Assembly (NCBI GenBank): GCA_025451755.1
Contig: JANWJT010000017.1
Span: forward strand, 82,147 to 135,892
Source: Candidatus Microgenomates bacterium
GTDB taxonomy: Bacteria; Patescibacteriota; Microgenomatia; Levybacterales; UBA12049
Length of the DNA: 53,746 nt
Direction of reading: 5' to 3'
A model generated the notes under the pieces. The model did not search any database. It was given only the letters and a program-made list of their open reading frames with translations, and had not been told where the DNA came from. Positions 1 to 9,139 of the stretch are shown here, one piece after another. Made by a program: the position numbers and the translations under genes. Every line of letters begins with the position of its first letter. Within the stretch, counting starts at the first letter, position 1.

Positions 1-321
1 TACATGCACTAAGCCTAAATAAAGAGATACAATTGCAAGAATTACTGCAATAAAAATAGCCAAAGCTATTGGAACTTCTTTATTGGCAAGGGGTCTAAAT
101 TTTTTAAAGGGATGAAGTCTGTCGCTTTTTCTGTCAAAAATATCATTTACTATATATGTTGCAGAGGATAATCCACAGAGAACAATGAAGGCTATTATTG
201 CTTTATTTAAAACTGGTGTGTTAAAAAGTTCTCCGGAAAAAGTTATTGCAGCAAATACCGCCAAATTTTTTATCCACTGCCTGGGTCTTAATAGCCGAAA
301 TATGTTATATATTAGTTTCAT
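1..321 (-). CDS. UbiA-family prenyltransferase, decaprenyl-phosphate phosphoribosyltransferase-like (partial, runs off the window)
   Basis: Not in the ORF track. Translated by hand from ATG 321: MKLIYNIFRLLRPRQWIKNLAVFAA...YIVNDIFDRKSDRLHPFKKFRPLA, showing the RPxQWxKN and NDxxDxxxDxxHPxKxxRP motifs. Confidence 0.85.
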   Translation of the reverse strand, partial: MKLIYNIFRLLRPRQWIKNLAVFAAITFSGELFNTPVLNKAIIAFIVLCGLSSATYIVNDIFDRKSDRLHPFKKFRPLANKEVPIALAIFIAVILAIVSLYLGLVHV

Positions 322-1381
322 TATTATTCTTATCTAAAGCAAAGTGTAAAAATAACAAAAAGCCTCCGACTAGAATTATAACCATAGCAACTGCAAAAAG
401 TTTCCCCTTGCTCGTTAATAGAAGGGAAAGAGAACCTAATATAGCAGAAATTATCCAGTAAAACAATGCAACTTTCCGTTGACCAAAACCCATATAGAGC
501 AAGAGATGATGGAGATGTTTCTTGTCGTGCCAAAATGGAGATTTGCCCGAAGCAATCCTTCTTATGATTGTAATAATTCCATCAATCATAGGTACTCCCA
601 TAACTAAAATTGCCGTTGCAAGCTTTGCGCTTGAGAGAATAGATAATGCGCCAAGAAGTAGATAAATTGAGGTGGCTCCGTAGCCCGGAAAAATTTTTGC
701 TGGATAGAAATTGTAGATTAGAAAACCTAAAGATGCTCCCGCCAGAATAAAAGATAATTTTGCCGAAATTAAATTTGTTTGATCTACAATAGGAAATCTT
801 AAGCTTAATATTCCTATAACAATAGCCGATATCGCAACTATTCCCGGCATTTGTCCGTCTACGCCTTTACTCCAGTTAAGCATGTTCATAACCCATACCA
901 ACCAAATTATTGCAATAAGATCCGAGATAATAAGAATTGAATGCTGTCCTAAAAAATCAAACATTAATCTAAATGTGTCAAGGTAAATAGTTCCGCCAAA
1001 AGGATTTGTAATAAATGTTATTCCTACTCCGCTTCCTACAATAATAAGTCCCGCAATTATGTTAAATACAATACGAACGTATGGGGACAAGTCGTATTTG
1101 TCGTCAATGATACCTATGAGAAGAGAAATAAAAGATGCAAAAAATAGCGCTATGACAGTTTTTGTTAGTGGAAGAAATAAAATTCCTGCTATTAATACCC
1201 CGATAAATAGAGGAATTCCCCCTCCTCTTGGAACCGGTTTTTTGTGAAGAATTGCAGGATGTTTATGTTTTTTTGGATCATCGATAATTCCTAACTTTTT
1301 AATAAAAGCTAGAGATAGAGGAGTTATAACAGCAACTAGAATAAATGAAATTAAAAAAGGCAAAAAAACTATGTCGTACAT
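305..1381 (-). CDS. MraY/WecA/TagO-family polyprenyl-phosphate HexNAc-1-phosphate transferase (Glycos_transf_4)
   Basis: Polytopic protein with PRGGG, GIIDDK, NMLNWSKGVDG, YNFYPAKIFPG and HLHH motifs. Confidence 0.9.
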   Translation of the reverse strand: MYDIVFLPFLISFILVAVITPLSLAFIKKLGIIDDPKKHKHPAILHKKPVPRGGGIPLFIGVLIAGILFLPLTKTVIALFFASFISLLIGIIDDKYDLSPYVRIVFNIIAGLIIVGSGVGITFITNPFGGTIYLDTFRLMFDFLGQHSILIISDLIAIIWLVWVMNMLNWSKGVDGQMPGIVAISAIVIGILSLRFPIVDQTNLISAKLSFILAGASLGFLIYNFYPAKIFPGYGATSIYLLLGALSILSSAKLATAILVMGVPMIDGIITIIRRIASGKSPFWHDKKHLHHLLLYMGFGQRKVALFYWIISAILGSLSLLLTSKGKLFAVAMVIILVGGFLLFLHFALDKNNNETNI

Positions 1382-1735
1382 TTATGTAATTAGGACAATG
1401 ACTCTGATGATAAAAAGAAAAGATAAAAAAGCGATAAGAATGTTTGTTACAGCAAGCATGCGTGAAATTATTTGCGATTTTTTATAAATAAAATAACAAA
1501 TCAGCATATTGCAAGCTGCAATAAAAAATGCGACTCCTAATGGAATAAAAATCATAATTGATGTTCCTAGTCTTTGATCTCCCCAAGGCAATTGATTAAA
1601 AAGAGGAATATATGGAGGAAGAGATCCAAAGTTAATCAGGATATAAATAAGAGAAATAAAAATTGTAATAAAAGTTAAAAAGAATCCTCCCGACATTACT
1701 CTGTCTCTTTTTACCTCATTAAAAAATTCGTTCAT
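1382..1735 (-). CDS. Small 3-TM membrane protein (DUF1648-like)
   Basis: TM helix, then LPPYIPLFNQLPWG, then two TMs; sits within the operon. Start could be 1735 or 1747. Confidence 0.6.
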   Translation of the reverse strand: MNEFFNEVKRDRVMSGGFFLTFITIFISLIYILINFGSLPPYIPLFNQLPWGDQRLGTSIMIFIPLGVAFFIAACNMLICYFIYKKSQIISRMLAVTNILIAFLSFLFIIRVIVLIT

Positions 1736-3200
1736 AAATAAGTACATTGTCTATTTTTACCACTTTTCCATAATTGTATAGCGAAAAAGGAATCTGGCTT
1801 TGATCGGGCATAATGATGACTAATTTAGGCTCTTTTTTTACGAAAGCTTCTTCTGTATTCTCTATCCCGTCTTTGTATCCGGTTATATGATACGCAACTG
1901 TGTAGCGGCCGGGCGGAAGTTTATCTGAAAGTGTATAGAGCTGAGCGTTGTTTCCCCAGATAAATATATTATCATCTTTCTTAGTTTTAGTTTTTATAAA
2001 TTGGGCAAGTTCATAATCTACGGGAGTATTCTTGTCGAAAAAGCTTCGGTATTGCACTACCGATTCCCTGCCCGTTATAAAAGAAAAGAAGTTTTGATAG
2101 TAGGGAAGAACCTTGTTGTAAATCCAAAAATTATTAATTATTAAATAAGACGAAATTATAAGTATTAGGACAAGCGAAAAGCGATATCTCTTTTCCCAGA
2201 ATATCAAACCTACTAAAAGAGAGAAGCTTGGAATAAAAACTAAAATGTAATGAGTATAAGGACGTCCCGAAAAGAATGCATTGAAAAGAGAAAAGGCAAA
2301 CCATATTAATATAAAAAGAGTTGTTCTGGAAAAATTGTTTCTTTTTGCAAAAAGAAACAATAAGAATAGAGAAAGAATTAGTAGCTTTGAGATAAGTAAA
2401 CCTTGGGGAACTATGAATTTGTTTCCGTAGCCTACGTAGTCTATATTTCGAATAAATGAAGCCTCTAGAAAATATTTAAAAGCGGAAAGCCCATGAAAAA
2501 GAAAAAATAACGAAGAAAAAGCTATAGGAAAAACAAACCCAAATATAAATGGTAGTAAAAAATAGAACTGGGCGTAGATGGTATTTTTAAGGTTTGAAAT
2601 TTTTCTAGGTAAGTTTAAAATAAAAAGGAACAGAAAGAAGGCAGCGAAATCAAAGATTCCGACAATCTTAAATAAAAATGCAATTCCAAGCATAAGTCCC
2701 GAAAGCATTAGAATATTTTTCTTTAGTCTTTCTTTTGCACTGTATATTATAAACCCCGATAGAATGATAGGAAGAAGCATAAAATTCTCTGCATTTGCAA
2801 TATTTCCTTCAACAATAGGAAGGGCAAAAAGTAACCCAAAAATTATTGTTGATAATATTGCAATTTTATTTCCTTCTTTTTCTTCAAAAAGTTTTCTTGA
2901 GAGTGCAAAAAAAACAATCAATGAAAGTATCCCAAAAACTAAAGATACAAGACGCAGGGTAAATTGGTCTGAATTTAAAAGAGAATAAAGCATATAAAGA
3001 AGGGGAGGCTTATTATCCCAAATATCTCTATAGAGAAGCCGTCCGGTTTTTATAGCAAGTCCTAAGACCTGATTAATTCCTTCGTCTCCATACCAATATG
3101 GTTCAAGAAGTGAGGGTAAGCGAAGCAGAAAAAAAACAAAAGAGCTTATTAGAAGAAACCAGAAATTTCTATTCTTCTCTACTCTTTTTAAAAACTTCAT
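1719..3200 (-). CDS. GT-C fold polyprenyl-phosphate-sugar-dependent glycosyltransferase (PMT/ArnT-like)
   Basis: Many TMs; first loop carries WYGDEG and LYRDIWDNKPPL; C-terminal soluble domain. Confidence 0.8.
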   Translation of the reverse strand: MKFLKRVEKNRNFWFLLISSFVFFLLRLPSLLEPYWYGDEGINQVLGLAIKTGRLLYRDIWDNKPPLLYMLYSLLNSDQFTLRLVSLVFGILSLIVFFALSRKLFEEKEGNKIAILSTIIFGLLFALPIVEGNIANAENFMLLPIILSGFIIYSAKERLKKNILMLSGLMLGIAFLFKIVGIFDFAAFFLFLFILNLPRKISNLKNTIYAQFYFLLPFIFGFVFPIAFSSLFFLFHGLSAFKYFLEASFIRNIDYVGYGNKFIVPQGLLISKLLILSLFLLFLFAKRNNFSRTTLFILIWFAFSLFNAFFSGRPYTHYILVFIPSFSLLVGLIFWEKRYRFSLVLILIISSYLIINNFWIYNKVLPYYQNFFSFITGRESVVQYRSFFDKNTPVDYELAQFIKTKTKKDDNIFIWGNNAQLYTLSDKLPPGRYTVAYHITGYKDGIENTEEAFVKKEPKLVIIMPDQSQIPFSLYNYGKVVKIDNVLIYERIF

Positions 3201-4690
3201 ATTTTCTCTGTTACTTTATATTCTAGTCTTTTTCCAAGCATAAGTTGAGTATGGGAAATAAGTGCAGGAAGAGTTGAAAAGAAAAAGCCAACAATGGGCA
3301 GAAGTATAAATTCAAGAGGAAAAAGGAATTCCCGGGTCCTGCTTAAGGATTTAGATTTAGGTCTTGTTCTGTAGTCAACAATTATAAGCATTAAAAGAGC
3401 GAGAAGACAAAAAGTTAAGATTGTTCCAGCAATGCTGGGAAGTTTATAGCCTAGGGATGTTCTTGAAAACACCGGATTTATAAATGGGATAATGTTTGCA
3501 GCAACTGTAAGTATAAACCAATTGACCGGCCATAAGAAGTGATCGATTAAAACATTGTATAGCATTACGGTTTTTCTGACAAACGGTACGTTGGGAACAG
3601 TAAACCACCATTTAATAAATAGCGGATCATCGGATACGCCCCATGACCATCTTCTTTCCTGATCATATTTATTTTTAAGACTCTTAATATATCCCTGGGA
3701 AAGAGGAGCGTCCATAGATGTTTTTAAAAATATAGGTTCAACCCATGCTTCTCCTTTTAACATATAAAAAGTCTTAAAGAAAATTCTATAATCTTCGGGA
3801 ATTACATCTACGTCCCAATAATCAACTCTTTTTAATAATTTAAAAGAAAGTGAGTAAGTAGAGTTGGAAACCAGTTTATCATGCTGAACAAGGACTGCCA
3901 TTCTCCAGATATTTCCGAAAAAGGCGATAATACGAGTTGGAGCAGGAATCTTCCAAAAATTATTATAGTTTACGTTTGCAGATTGCCAAAATTTGTTATA
4001 ACGTTTCTCATCGGTTAAGAAACTATGAGTTAAGTAAGAAAAATATTGTCTATCAAAAATTGAGTCGGCATCAACGGAAGAAATGGTAGCAAAATCAATA
4101 TCAATCAGACCTTTTTTTATCAATTGTCTATAAGCTTGCCTGCCGGCATACGCTTCGTTTGAAGATTTGCCTTTAACTTCTCCTTCTATATCTGGGTGGT
4201 ATGTTGCAAAAATTTGACCAAAAGTTTCGTTAAATTCTTTAATGAGAATATTTACTTTTTGCTTTGCGTCTTGTTCTCTTTCTTCCATAGCAAGGATTAT
4301 AAATATTCTTTTTGTGGGAAAAGTTTGGTTTGCAACTGCCTTTATTGTATCGCGAAGTTTATTTACGTTTTCCTTGAAATTTGGAATTATAATAATGTGG
4401 TTTACTTTTTCAAAATCCGAAAGAACCGAAGCTTTTTCCAGCCAGTTTTTACTTTCGTCTGCCTTAATTCTATTTGAGGCAATAAATGAAGTTACTGCAA
4501 CAGAAAAAGACTTATAGAGCCAGTAAACATCAAAAAATAAAATAAAGTAAGCAACAAAGTAAGGTATGGCAAACGATCCCCATAAGGGAAAAAGGATAAG
4601 CATCCACGAAAAAAACCCAGGCAGAATTTCTAATAATCTCCTTGTTTTTATTGGATATTTTGTAAAAATTTTACTGAAAAAATTTGTCAT
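3197..4690 (-). CDS. Membrane-bound glycosyltransferase family 2
   Basis: KGKSSN, DAD, PED and QERRW motifs (D,D,D,QxxRW) flanked by TM helices. Confidence 0.85.
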   Translation of the reverse strand: MTNFFSKIFTKYPIKTRRLLEILPGFFSWMLILFPLWGSFAIPYFVAYFILFFDVYWLYKSFSVAVTSFIASNRIKADESKNWLEKASVLSDFEKVNHIIIIPNFKENVNKLRDTIKAVANQTFPTKRIFIILAMEEREQDAKQKVNILIKEFNETFGQIFATYHPDIEGEVKGKSSNEAYAGRQAYRQLIKKGLIDIDFATISSVDADSIFDRQYFSYLTHSFLTDEKRYNKFWQSANVNYNNFWKIPAPTRIIAFFGNIWRMAVLVQHDKLVSNSTYSLSFKLLKRVDYWDVDVIPEDYRIFFKTFYMLKGEAWVEPIFLKTSMDAPLSQGYIKSLKNKYDQERRWSWGVSDDPLFIKWWFTVPNVPFVRKTVMLYNVLIDHFLWPVNWFILTVAANIIPFINPVFSRTSLGYKLPSIAGTILTFCLLALLMLIIVDYRTRPKSKSLSRTREFLFPLEFILLPIVGFFFSTLPALISHTQLMLGKRLEYKVTEKI

Positions 4691-5511
4691 ATATTAAAAA
4701 GGCGGTGGACATTTTGTGTTATTTTTTGAGAAATTATCTCACTGGAAATACCTTTTGTCTTAGCTATAAATTGCTCAACAATTATAACATAGGAAGGTTC
4801 ATTTCTCCTACCGCGATAAGGAATCGGTGTTAAAAATGGACTGTCTGTTTCGGTTAATATTCTATCAAGTGGCGTTTTTTCAACAAGGTCAGTTAAAAGT
4901 GTTTCTTCTCCAGGAGCAAGCCCATCATAAGTAATATTTCCATCAAAGCCAATATAAAAACCTAAATCCAAAACTTTTTTTAGTAAATCAATATTTCCAG
5001 ACATGCAGTGAAACATTCCGGGTGGATCTAAAAGCTCATTTTTGTACGCATAAAGAATCTCCAAAATATCTTTTCCAGCGTGACGGTTGTGGATTTGAAG
5101 AGGCAGTTTTAGTTTTAAAGATAATTCAATCTGTTTTGCAAAAACTTCTTTTTGAAGTTTTGGATCTACAATATCATTTGATTTATACTTATAATAATCA
5201 ATTCCAATTTCTCCGATTCCAATTACTTTTGGATTTTTAGTCTCGCGGAGCGGGATCTTGCTTCGCAAGACAAGTTTCTCTAACTCTTCAAGCCAGTTTC
5301 CCTCTAATTTGTCTGCATGATGAGGATGAATTCCTACTATTGCGTAAAGGTCGTCGTACTTCTGTGCAAGTTCAATAGCTTTTTTACTTGAATCAATCTT
5401 AGTCCCGACATTTATTATTTTTTTAACACCCTTATCAAAGGCCCTTTTTATAACTTCGTCATAATCTTTCTCGAAAGAATGAAAATTCAAATGACAATGA
5501 ACATCAACCAT
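4687..5511 (-). CDS. tatD: TatD-family DNase
   Basis: DVHCH, GIHPH, GEIGID, HNR, FHC and ETDSP motifs. Confidence 0.95.
   Translation of the reverse strand: MVDVHCHLNFHSFEKDYDEVIKRAFDKGVKKIINVGTKIDSSKKAIELAQKYDDLYAIVGIHPHHADKLEGNWLEELEKLVLRSKIPLRETKNPKVIGIGEIGIDYYKYKSNDIVDPKLQKEVFAKQIELSLKLKLPLQIHNRHAGKDILEILYAYKNELLDPPGMFHCMSGNIDLLKKVLDLGFYIGFDGNITYDGLAPGEETLLTDLVEKTPLDRILTETDSPFLTPIPYRGRRNEPSYVIIVEQFIAKTKGISSEIISQKITQNVHRLFNI
5240..5271. repeat. 32-nt GC-rich imperfect palindrome inside tatD
   Basis: GTCTCGCGGAGCGGGA/TCTTGCTTCGCAAGAC is self-complementary with G-U pairs and encodes VLRSKIPLRET. Confidence 0.7.
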
Positions 5512-5546
5512 AAGATAGTTTAAAGTTTAGAGTTCAAAATTCAAAA

Positions 5547-5948
5547 TTAGTTAATAATTCCTTTTGCTTTTAAATCGTCGAAGATTAAATAATCTACTGG
5601 AGATAATGGTTCTTTTGTGGAAGAATTAAAAAAATCAATTTTCTCGATTTCTGCTGCTGGTTTTAATTCTCCTTTAAAATTTCCCGTAAAGCAAGTCATC
5701 CTAACAATCGTTCCTTTTGGCTTTCCATGAGCTTGCGCCTCAAAAGTTCCATAATATTTTATTGTTTCTTCTCTTAGATCTACTGTCAGTTCTTCTTTTA
5801 CTTCTCTTATCAATGTTTCGTGATCGGATTCTCCTGATTCTCTTTTGCCTCCCGGAATATACCACGCATCTTTGCCTTTACTCAAAGTTACAAGAATTTT
5901 TCTGTCTTTGATAAAAATAAAAGCGAGCTTGTCGATATGCCCGTTCAT
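5547..5948 (-). CDS. NUDIX hydrolase
   Basis: Nudix box GGKRESGESDHETLIREVKEEL. Confidence 0.9.
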   Translation of the reverse strand: MNGHIDKLAFIFIKDRKILVTLSKGKDAWYIPGGKRESGESDHETLIREVKEELTVDLREETIKYYGTFEAQAHGKPKGTIVRMTCFTGNFKGELKPAAEIEKIDFFNSSTKEPLSPVDYLIFDDLKAKGIIN

Positions 5949-7372
5949 ATTCTTGGGAATAGTGGCTTTCCAGATTTAATTTTTGCTTCCTTGAATTGCT
6001 CTTCGATTTTTTGAGAGATTTCTGGCAAAAATGGTTCTAATAGTGCTGCGATTTCCTGAATCTGGTCAATTGAATGCGCAAGAACTCCTTTTAATCTTCT
6101 GTCTCCGTTTTTAAATAAATCCCAAGGTTTTTCATCGTTAATAAACTTATCGAGAGTTGCAATTTTTTTCCAAATAAAAGACAGGGCGTCGTTAAAACGA
6201 AATTTGAAAATGGCTTCTGAATATTCTTCAATAGGAATTAAATGCTCAGAAGCTCTGCTATTTGATCCCATCTGAGTATAGTTTGAATTTTCGCAAAGTT
6301 TTGCAACTCGGGAAATAAGATTTCCAAGACCATTTGCTAGATCAGAATTGTAAGCATTTGTAAACTTACTTTCCGAAAAATCTCCATCTGCAAAAGGAGA
6401 AATATATCGTAGTAAATAATAACGTAAAGCATCAGGGCCATATTTATCAATAATTTCAATTGGGTCAATTACGTTTCCTAAAGTTTTTGACATTTTTTGT
6501 CCGTTAACTGTTATATATTCATGAACAAAAATACTTTTTGGAAGAGAAAGCTTAGCAGACAAAAGAAAAGCGACCCAATAAATTGCGTGAAACCTAAGTA
6601 TTCCTTTGCCGACTACATGTAGGTTTGCAGGCCACCAATCTGGTGCTCCGCTCCTATAAATATTAAGAGCGTCAAACCAAACATACATTTTTTGAGTTTC
6701 ATCGCCTGGTACGTTTACTCCCCAGTTTTTCGCTCTTTTATTGGACCGGGAAATACTTATATCTTTAAGCCCCTGTTTTAAAAAGTTTAGAGCTTCAGTC
6801 TTTCTGTTCTCGGGAACTATTCTTACTTTATTTGACTTTATAATATCTTCAATCTCTTTTTGATATTTAGAAAGTTTAAAAAAATAATTTTCTTCGGAAA
6901 CTTCTTCGAGTTTTTTACCAGGATGTTCAAAGCATTCTCCATTTTCGTTTAGTTCGCTCTTTTCGTAAAAAAGCTCACATCCTATGCAGTAAAGCCCCGT
7001 ATATTGTTTTTTATAAATGTCTCCACTCTTTAAACATAATTCCCATAAATTTTGCGAAGAAGAATGATGATTGGCATCGCTTCCTCTTTGAAAAACATCA
7101 AATTTTACATTAAGTTTTTTTGCTAAATCTTCAAAGAGCTTACGGTTTCTATCAACGAGTAATTGGACAGAAATTTTCTCCTGCTCTGCTGCCTGGACAT
7201 TTTTTATTGCGTTTTCGTCAGCTCCGCAAAGAAGAAGAACATTTTCTCCCATCTGCCTATGAAACCTTGCAATGGCATCGGACTGTACAAATTCCATAGC
7301 GTGACCAATATGAGGCTTTGCATTTACATAAGGAATCGCGTTTGTAATATAAAATTTACTCTTGTCATTCAT
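5945..7372 (-). CDS. metG: Methionine--tRNA ligase (short form)
   Basis: YVNAKPHIGH, CIGCE, YVWFDAL and KMSKT motifs. Confidence 0.97.
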   Translation of the reverse strand: MNDKSKFYITNAIPYVNAKPHIGHAMEFVQSDAIARFHRQMGENVLLLCGADENAIKNVQAAEQEKISVQLLVDRNRKLFEDLAKKLNVKFDVFQRGSDANHHSSSQNLWELCLKSGDIYKKQYTGLYCIGCELFYEKSELNENGECFEHPGKKLEEVSEENYFFKLSKYQKEIEDIIKSNKVRIVPENRKTEALNFLKQGLKDISISRSNKRAKNWGVNVPGDETQKMYVWFDALNIYRSGAPDWWPANLHVVGKGILRFHAIYWVAFLLSAKLSLPKSIFVHEYITVNGQKMSKTLGNVIDPIEIIDKYGPDALRYYLLRYISPFADGDFSESKFTNAYNSDLANGLGNLISRVAKLCENSNYTQMGSNSRASEHLIPIEEYSEAIFKFRFNDALSFIWKKIATLDKFINDEKPWDLFKNGDRRLKGVLAHSIDQIQEIAALLEPFLPEISQKIEEQFKEAKIKSGKPLFPRI

Positions 7373-7419
7373 GAAGTAATTCTAACAGAGAAAATATGTT
7401 CGAACAAGAATAGATTAGG

Positions 7420-7755
7420 TTATTTTTTGTAGCTAAAAAACATTTCTAGGGTGACAAATAAGATAAGGAGCATGATTAAAAAGAAAATGTGAGTTAGATC
7501 TAAAAATCTAAGCAAAAGATAAGTTGAAGCAAAAAGACCGATGAAAATTCCTCTTCTCATATTATTTAATACAAAAGAAGAAATCGAGAAGAATAACAAG
7601 AAAGAAATTAAAAGAAAGACTGGAAAAATGGGTACTTGAAAATTGAAAACTGCGACTTGAAAATTAGGAGATAAGAAAACTATTAAATATATAAAAATTG
7701 CTAAAGATAAAAGGCCGACGATTAAAAGCCAAATAGGTTTTTTTCTTCGCTTCAT
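7420..7755 (-). CDS. Small 4-TM membrane protein
   Basis: Start MKRRKK at ATG 7755, preceded by TGcTAAACT; four hydrophobic segments. Confidence 0.65.
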   Translation of the reverse strand: MKRRKKPIWLLIVGLLSLAIFIYLIVFLSPNFQVAVFNFQVPIFPVFLLISFLLFFSISSFVLNNMRRGIFIGLFASTYLLLRFLDLTHIFFLIMLLILFVTLEMFFSYKK

Positions 7756-7794
7756 AAAAATAAGTTTAGCATATTTTGATACAGAAAAAGGGGG

Positions 7795-7823
7795 TTGACA
7801 ACTATTAGCACTCATGTTATATT
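7795..7823 (+). promoter_or_regulatory. Sigma70-type promoter of the hrcA operon
   Basis: TTGACA (7795-7800), 17-nt spacer, extended TG, TATATT (7818-7823). Confidence 0.8.
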
Positions 7824-7831
7824 AGTGCTAA
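7805..7831. promoter_or_regulatory. CIRCE operator (HrcA binding site)
   Basis: TTAGCACTC-N9-TAGTGCTAA, one mismatch to the consensus TTAGCACTC-N9-GAGTGCTAA, upstream of hrcA. Confidence 0.92.
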
Positions 7832-7856
7832 TCAATCCCAATTAGATCGGGATTGC

Positions 7857-7950
7857 AAATTCGAAATCCTAAATCAGAAATCCTAAATAAAATTAAAATA
7901 ACAAATTCAAAAGTTTAGAATTTAGATATTAGAAATTAGAATTTAAAGTT
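7857..7950. repeat. AT-rich heptamer-periodic inverted element
   Basis: AAATTCG AAATCCT AAATCAG AAATCCT ... TTTAGAA TTTAGAT ATTAGAA ATTAGAA TTTAAAG. Confidence 0.7.
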
Positions 7951-7952
7951 TT

Positions 7953-8684
7953 ATGCACAATCTTACTCAAAGACAGATAGAAATACTAAGAAATCTTATA
8001 GAGGAATATATAGAAACTGCTTTGCCTGTAGGTTCAGAGACGCTTGAGAAAAAACGAAATATTAGTGCTTCTCCTGCAACTATTAGAAATGAAATGGTAA
8101 AGCTTACAGATATGGGTTATCTTCAAAAGTCTCATTCGTCTGCGGGTCGCATACCAACCTCTGCAGGTATGAAATTTTATGTTAACCAGTTAATGAAGGA
8201 AAAAGAAATTTCTGTTAAAGAGGAGGTAGAGCTTAAAGAAAAAGTATGGGATCACAGAACAACTCAGCAACGGTTACTCAAGGAAGTTGCAAGATCTTTA
8301 GCAGAAAAAACTAAGGCTTTAGCAATTGCAACTACAGACGAAGGAGACTTCTTTTGCGCAGGATATTCAAATATTTTAGATATGCCTGAATTCTTAGACA
8401 TAGATATTACAAAGAATCTTTTGAGCGTTATAGATGAGATGGGATATTTTGATGCTATTTTTGAAAAAATAGAAAATGATGAGGATATACACATTCTTTT
8501 TGGTGAAGATCTGGGTCCAAAACTTTCTGGTCCTTATGGATCGGTATTTGCTCATTACAAGACATCAAAACATTCAGGTGGAGAAATAGGCGTAATAGGT
8601 CCGACAAGATTAAATTATACGTATGTTGTGCCGACAGTTAGATACTTTAGTAATTTGATTAACGAGCTTGCAGAAGGATGGTAA
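7953..8684 (+). CDS. hrcA: Heat-inducible transcription repressor HrcA (shortened)
   Basis: PVGS, SPATIRNEM, HSSAGRIPT and GVIGPTRLNY motifs; adjacent CIRCE and grpE-dnaK. Confidence 0.95.
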   Translation: MHNLTQRQIEILRNLIEEYIETALPVGSETLEKKRNISASPATIRNEMVKLTDMGYLQKSHSSAGRIPTSAGMKFYVNQLMKEKEISVKEEVELKEKVWDHRTTQQRLLKEVARSLAEKTKALAIATTDEGDFFCAGYSNILDMPEFLDIDITKNLLSVIDEMGYFDAIFEKIENDEDIHILFGEDLGPKLSGPYGSVFAHYKTSKHSGGEIGVIGPTRLNYTYVVPTVRYFSNLINELAEGW

Positions 8685-9136
8685 AAAATATGGCAAAAAA
8701 GAGTTCAAAAATAAATGAAGTACAGACGCTCAAGAAAAAAAACGAAGAACTCGAGGGTCATATAAAAAGAACGTTGGCAGATTATCAAAATCTAGAAAAA
8801 AGGGTAGCAGAAGAAAGACAGAATTTGATAAAATCAGCTACCAGAGGGTTTATTTTAAAATTATTACCTGCTCTTGATACCTTGATTCTTGCTAAAAAAC
8901 ATACTGAAGATCAGGGACTCGAGCTTGCCATACAGCAATTATCTGATATATTAGAAAAGGAAGGGGTAAAAAAAATAGAAACATTCGAAAAAGATTTTGA
9001 CCCAAAATATATGGAATGCGTTACTGTAGCAGAGGGAGAAGATGGGAAAGTTATCGAAGAATTAAAAACAGGTTATACTTTAAATGAAAATGTTTTAAGA
9101 GCTTCACAGGTAGCTGTAGGAAAAGGAGGGAATTAA
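8678..9136 (+). CDS. grpE: Nucleotide exchange factor GrpE
   Basis: ADYQNLEKR, LLPALD, FDP and GYTLNENVLRASQVAV motifs. Confidence 0.95.
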   Translation: MVKNMAKKSSKINEVQTLKKKNEELEGHIKRTLADYQNLEKRVAEERQNLIKSATRGFILKLLPALDTLILAKKHTEDQGLELAIQQLSDILEKEGVKKIETFEKDFDPKYMECVTVAEGEDGKVIEELKTGYTLNENVLRASQVAVGKGGN

Positions 9137-9139
9137 ATT

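Noticed and set aside
4134..4153. GC-rich GCTTGCCTGCCGGCATACGC in the GT2 gene as another inserted palindrome
   Set aside because: Pairing is weak and the encoded AYAGRQA fits the helix after the KGKSSN motif with no evident insertion.
7756..7815. N-terminal extension of ORF 7420..7815
   Set aside because: It would run through the CIRCE and hrcA promoter; ATG 7755 has its own -10 box.
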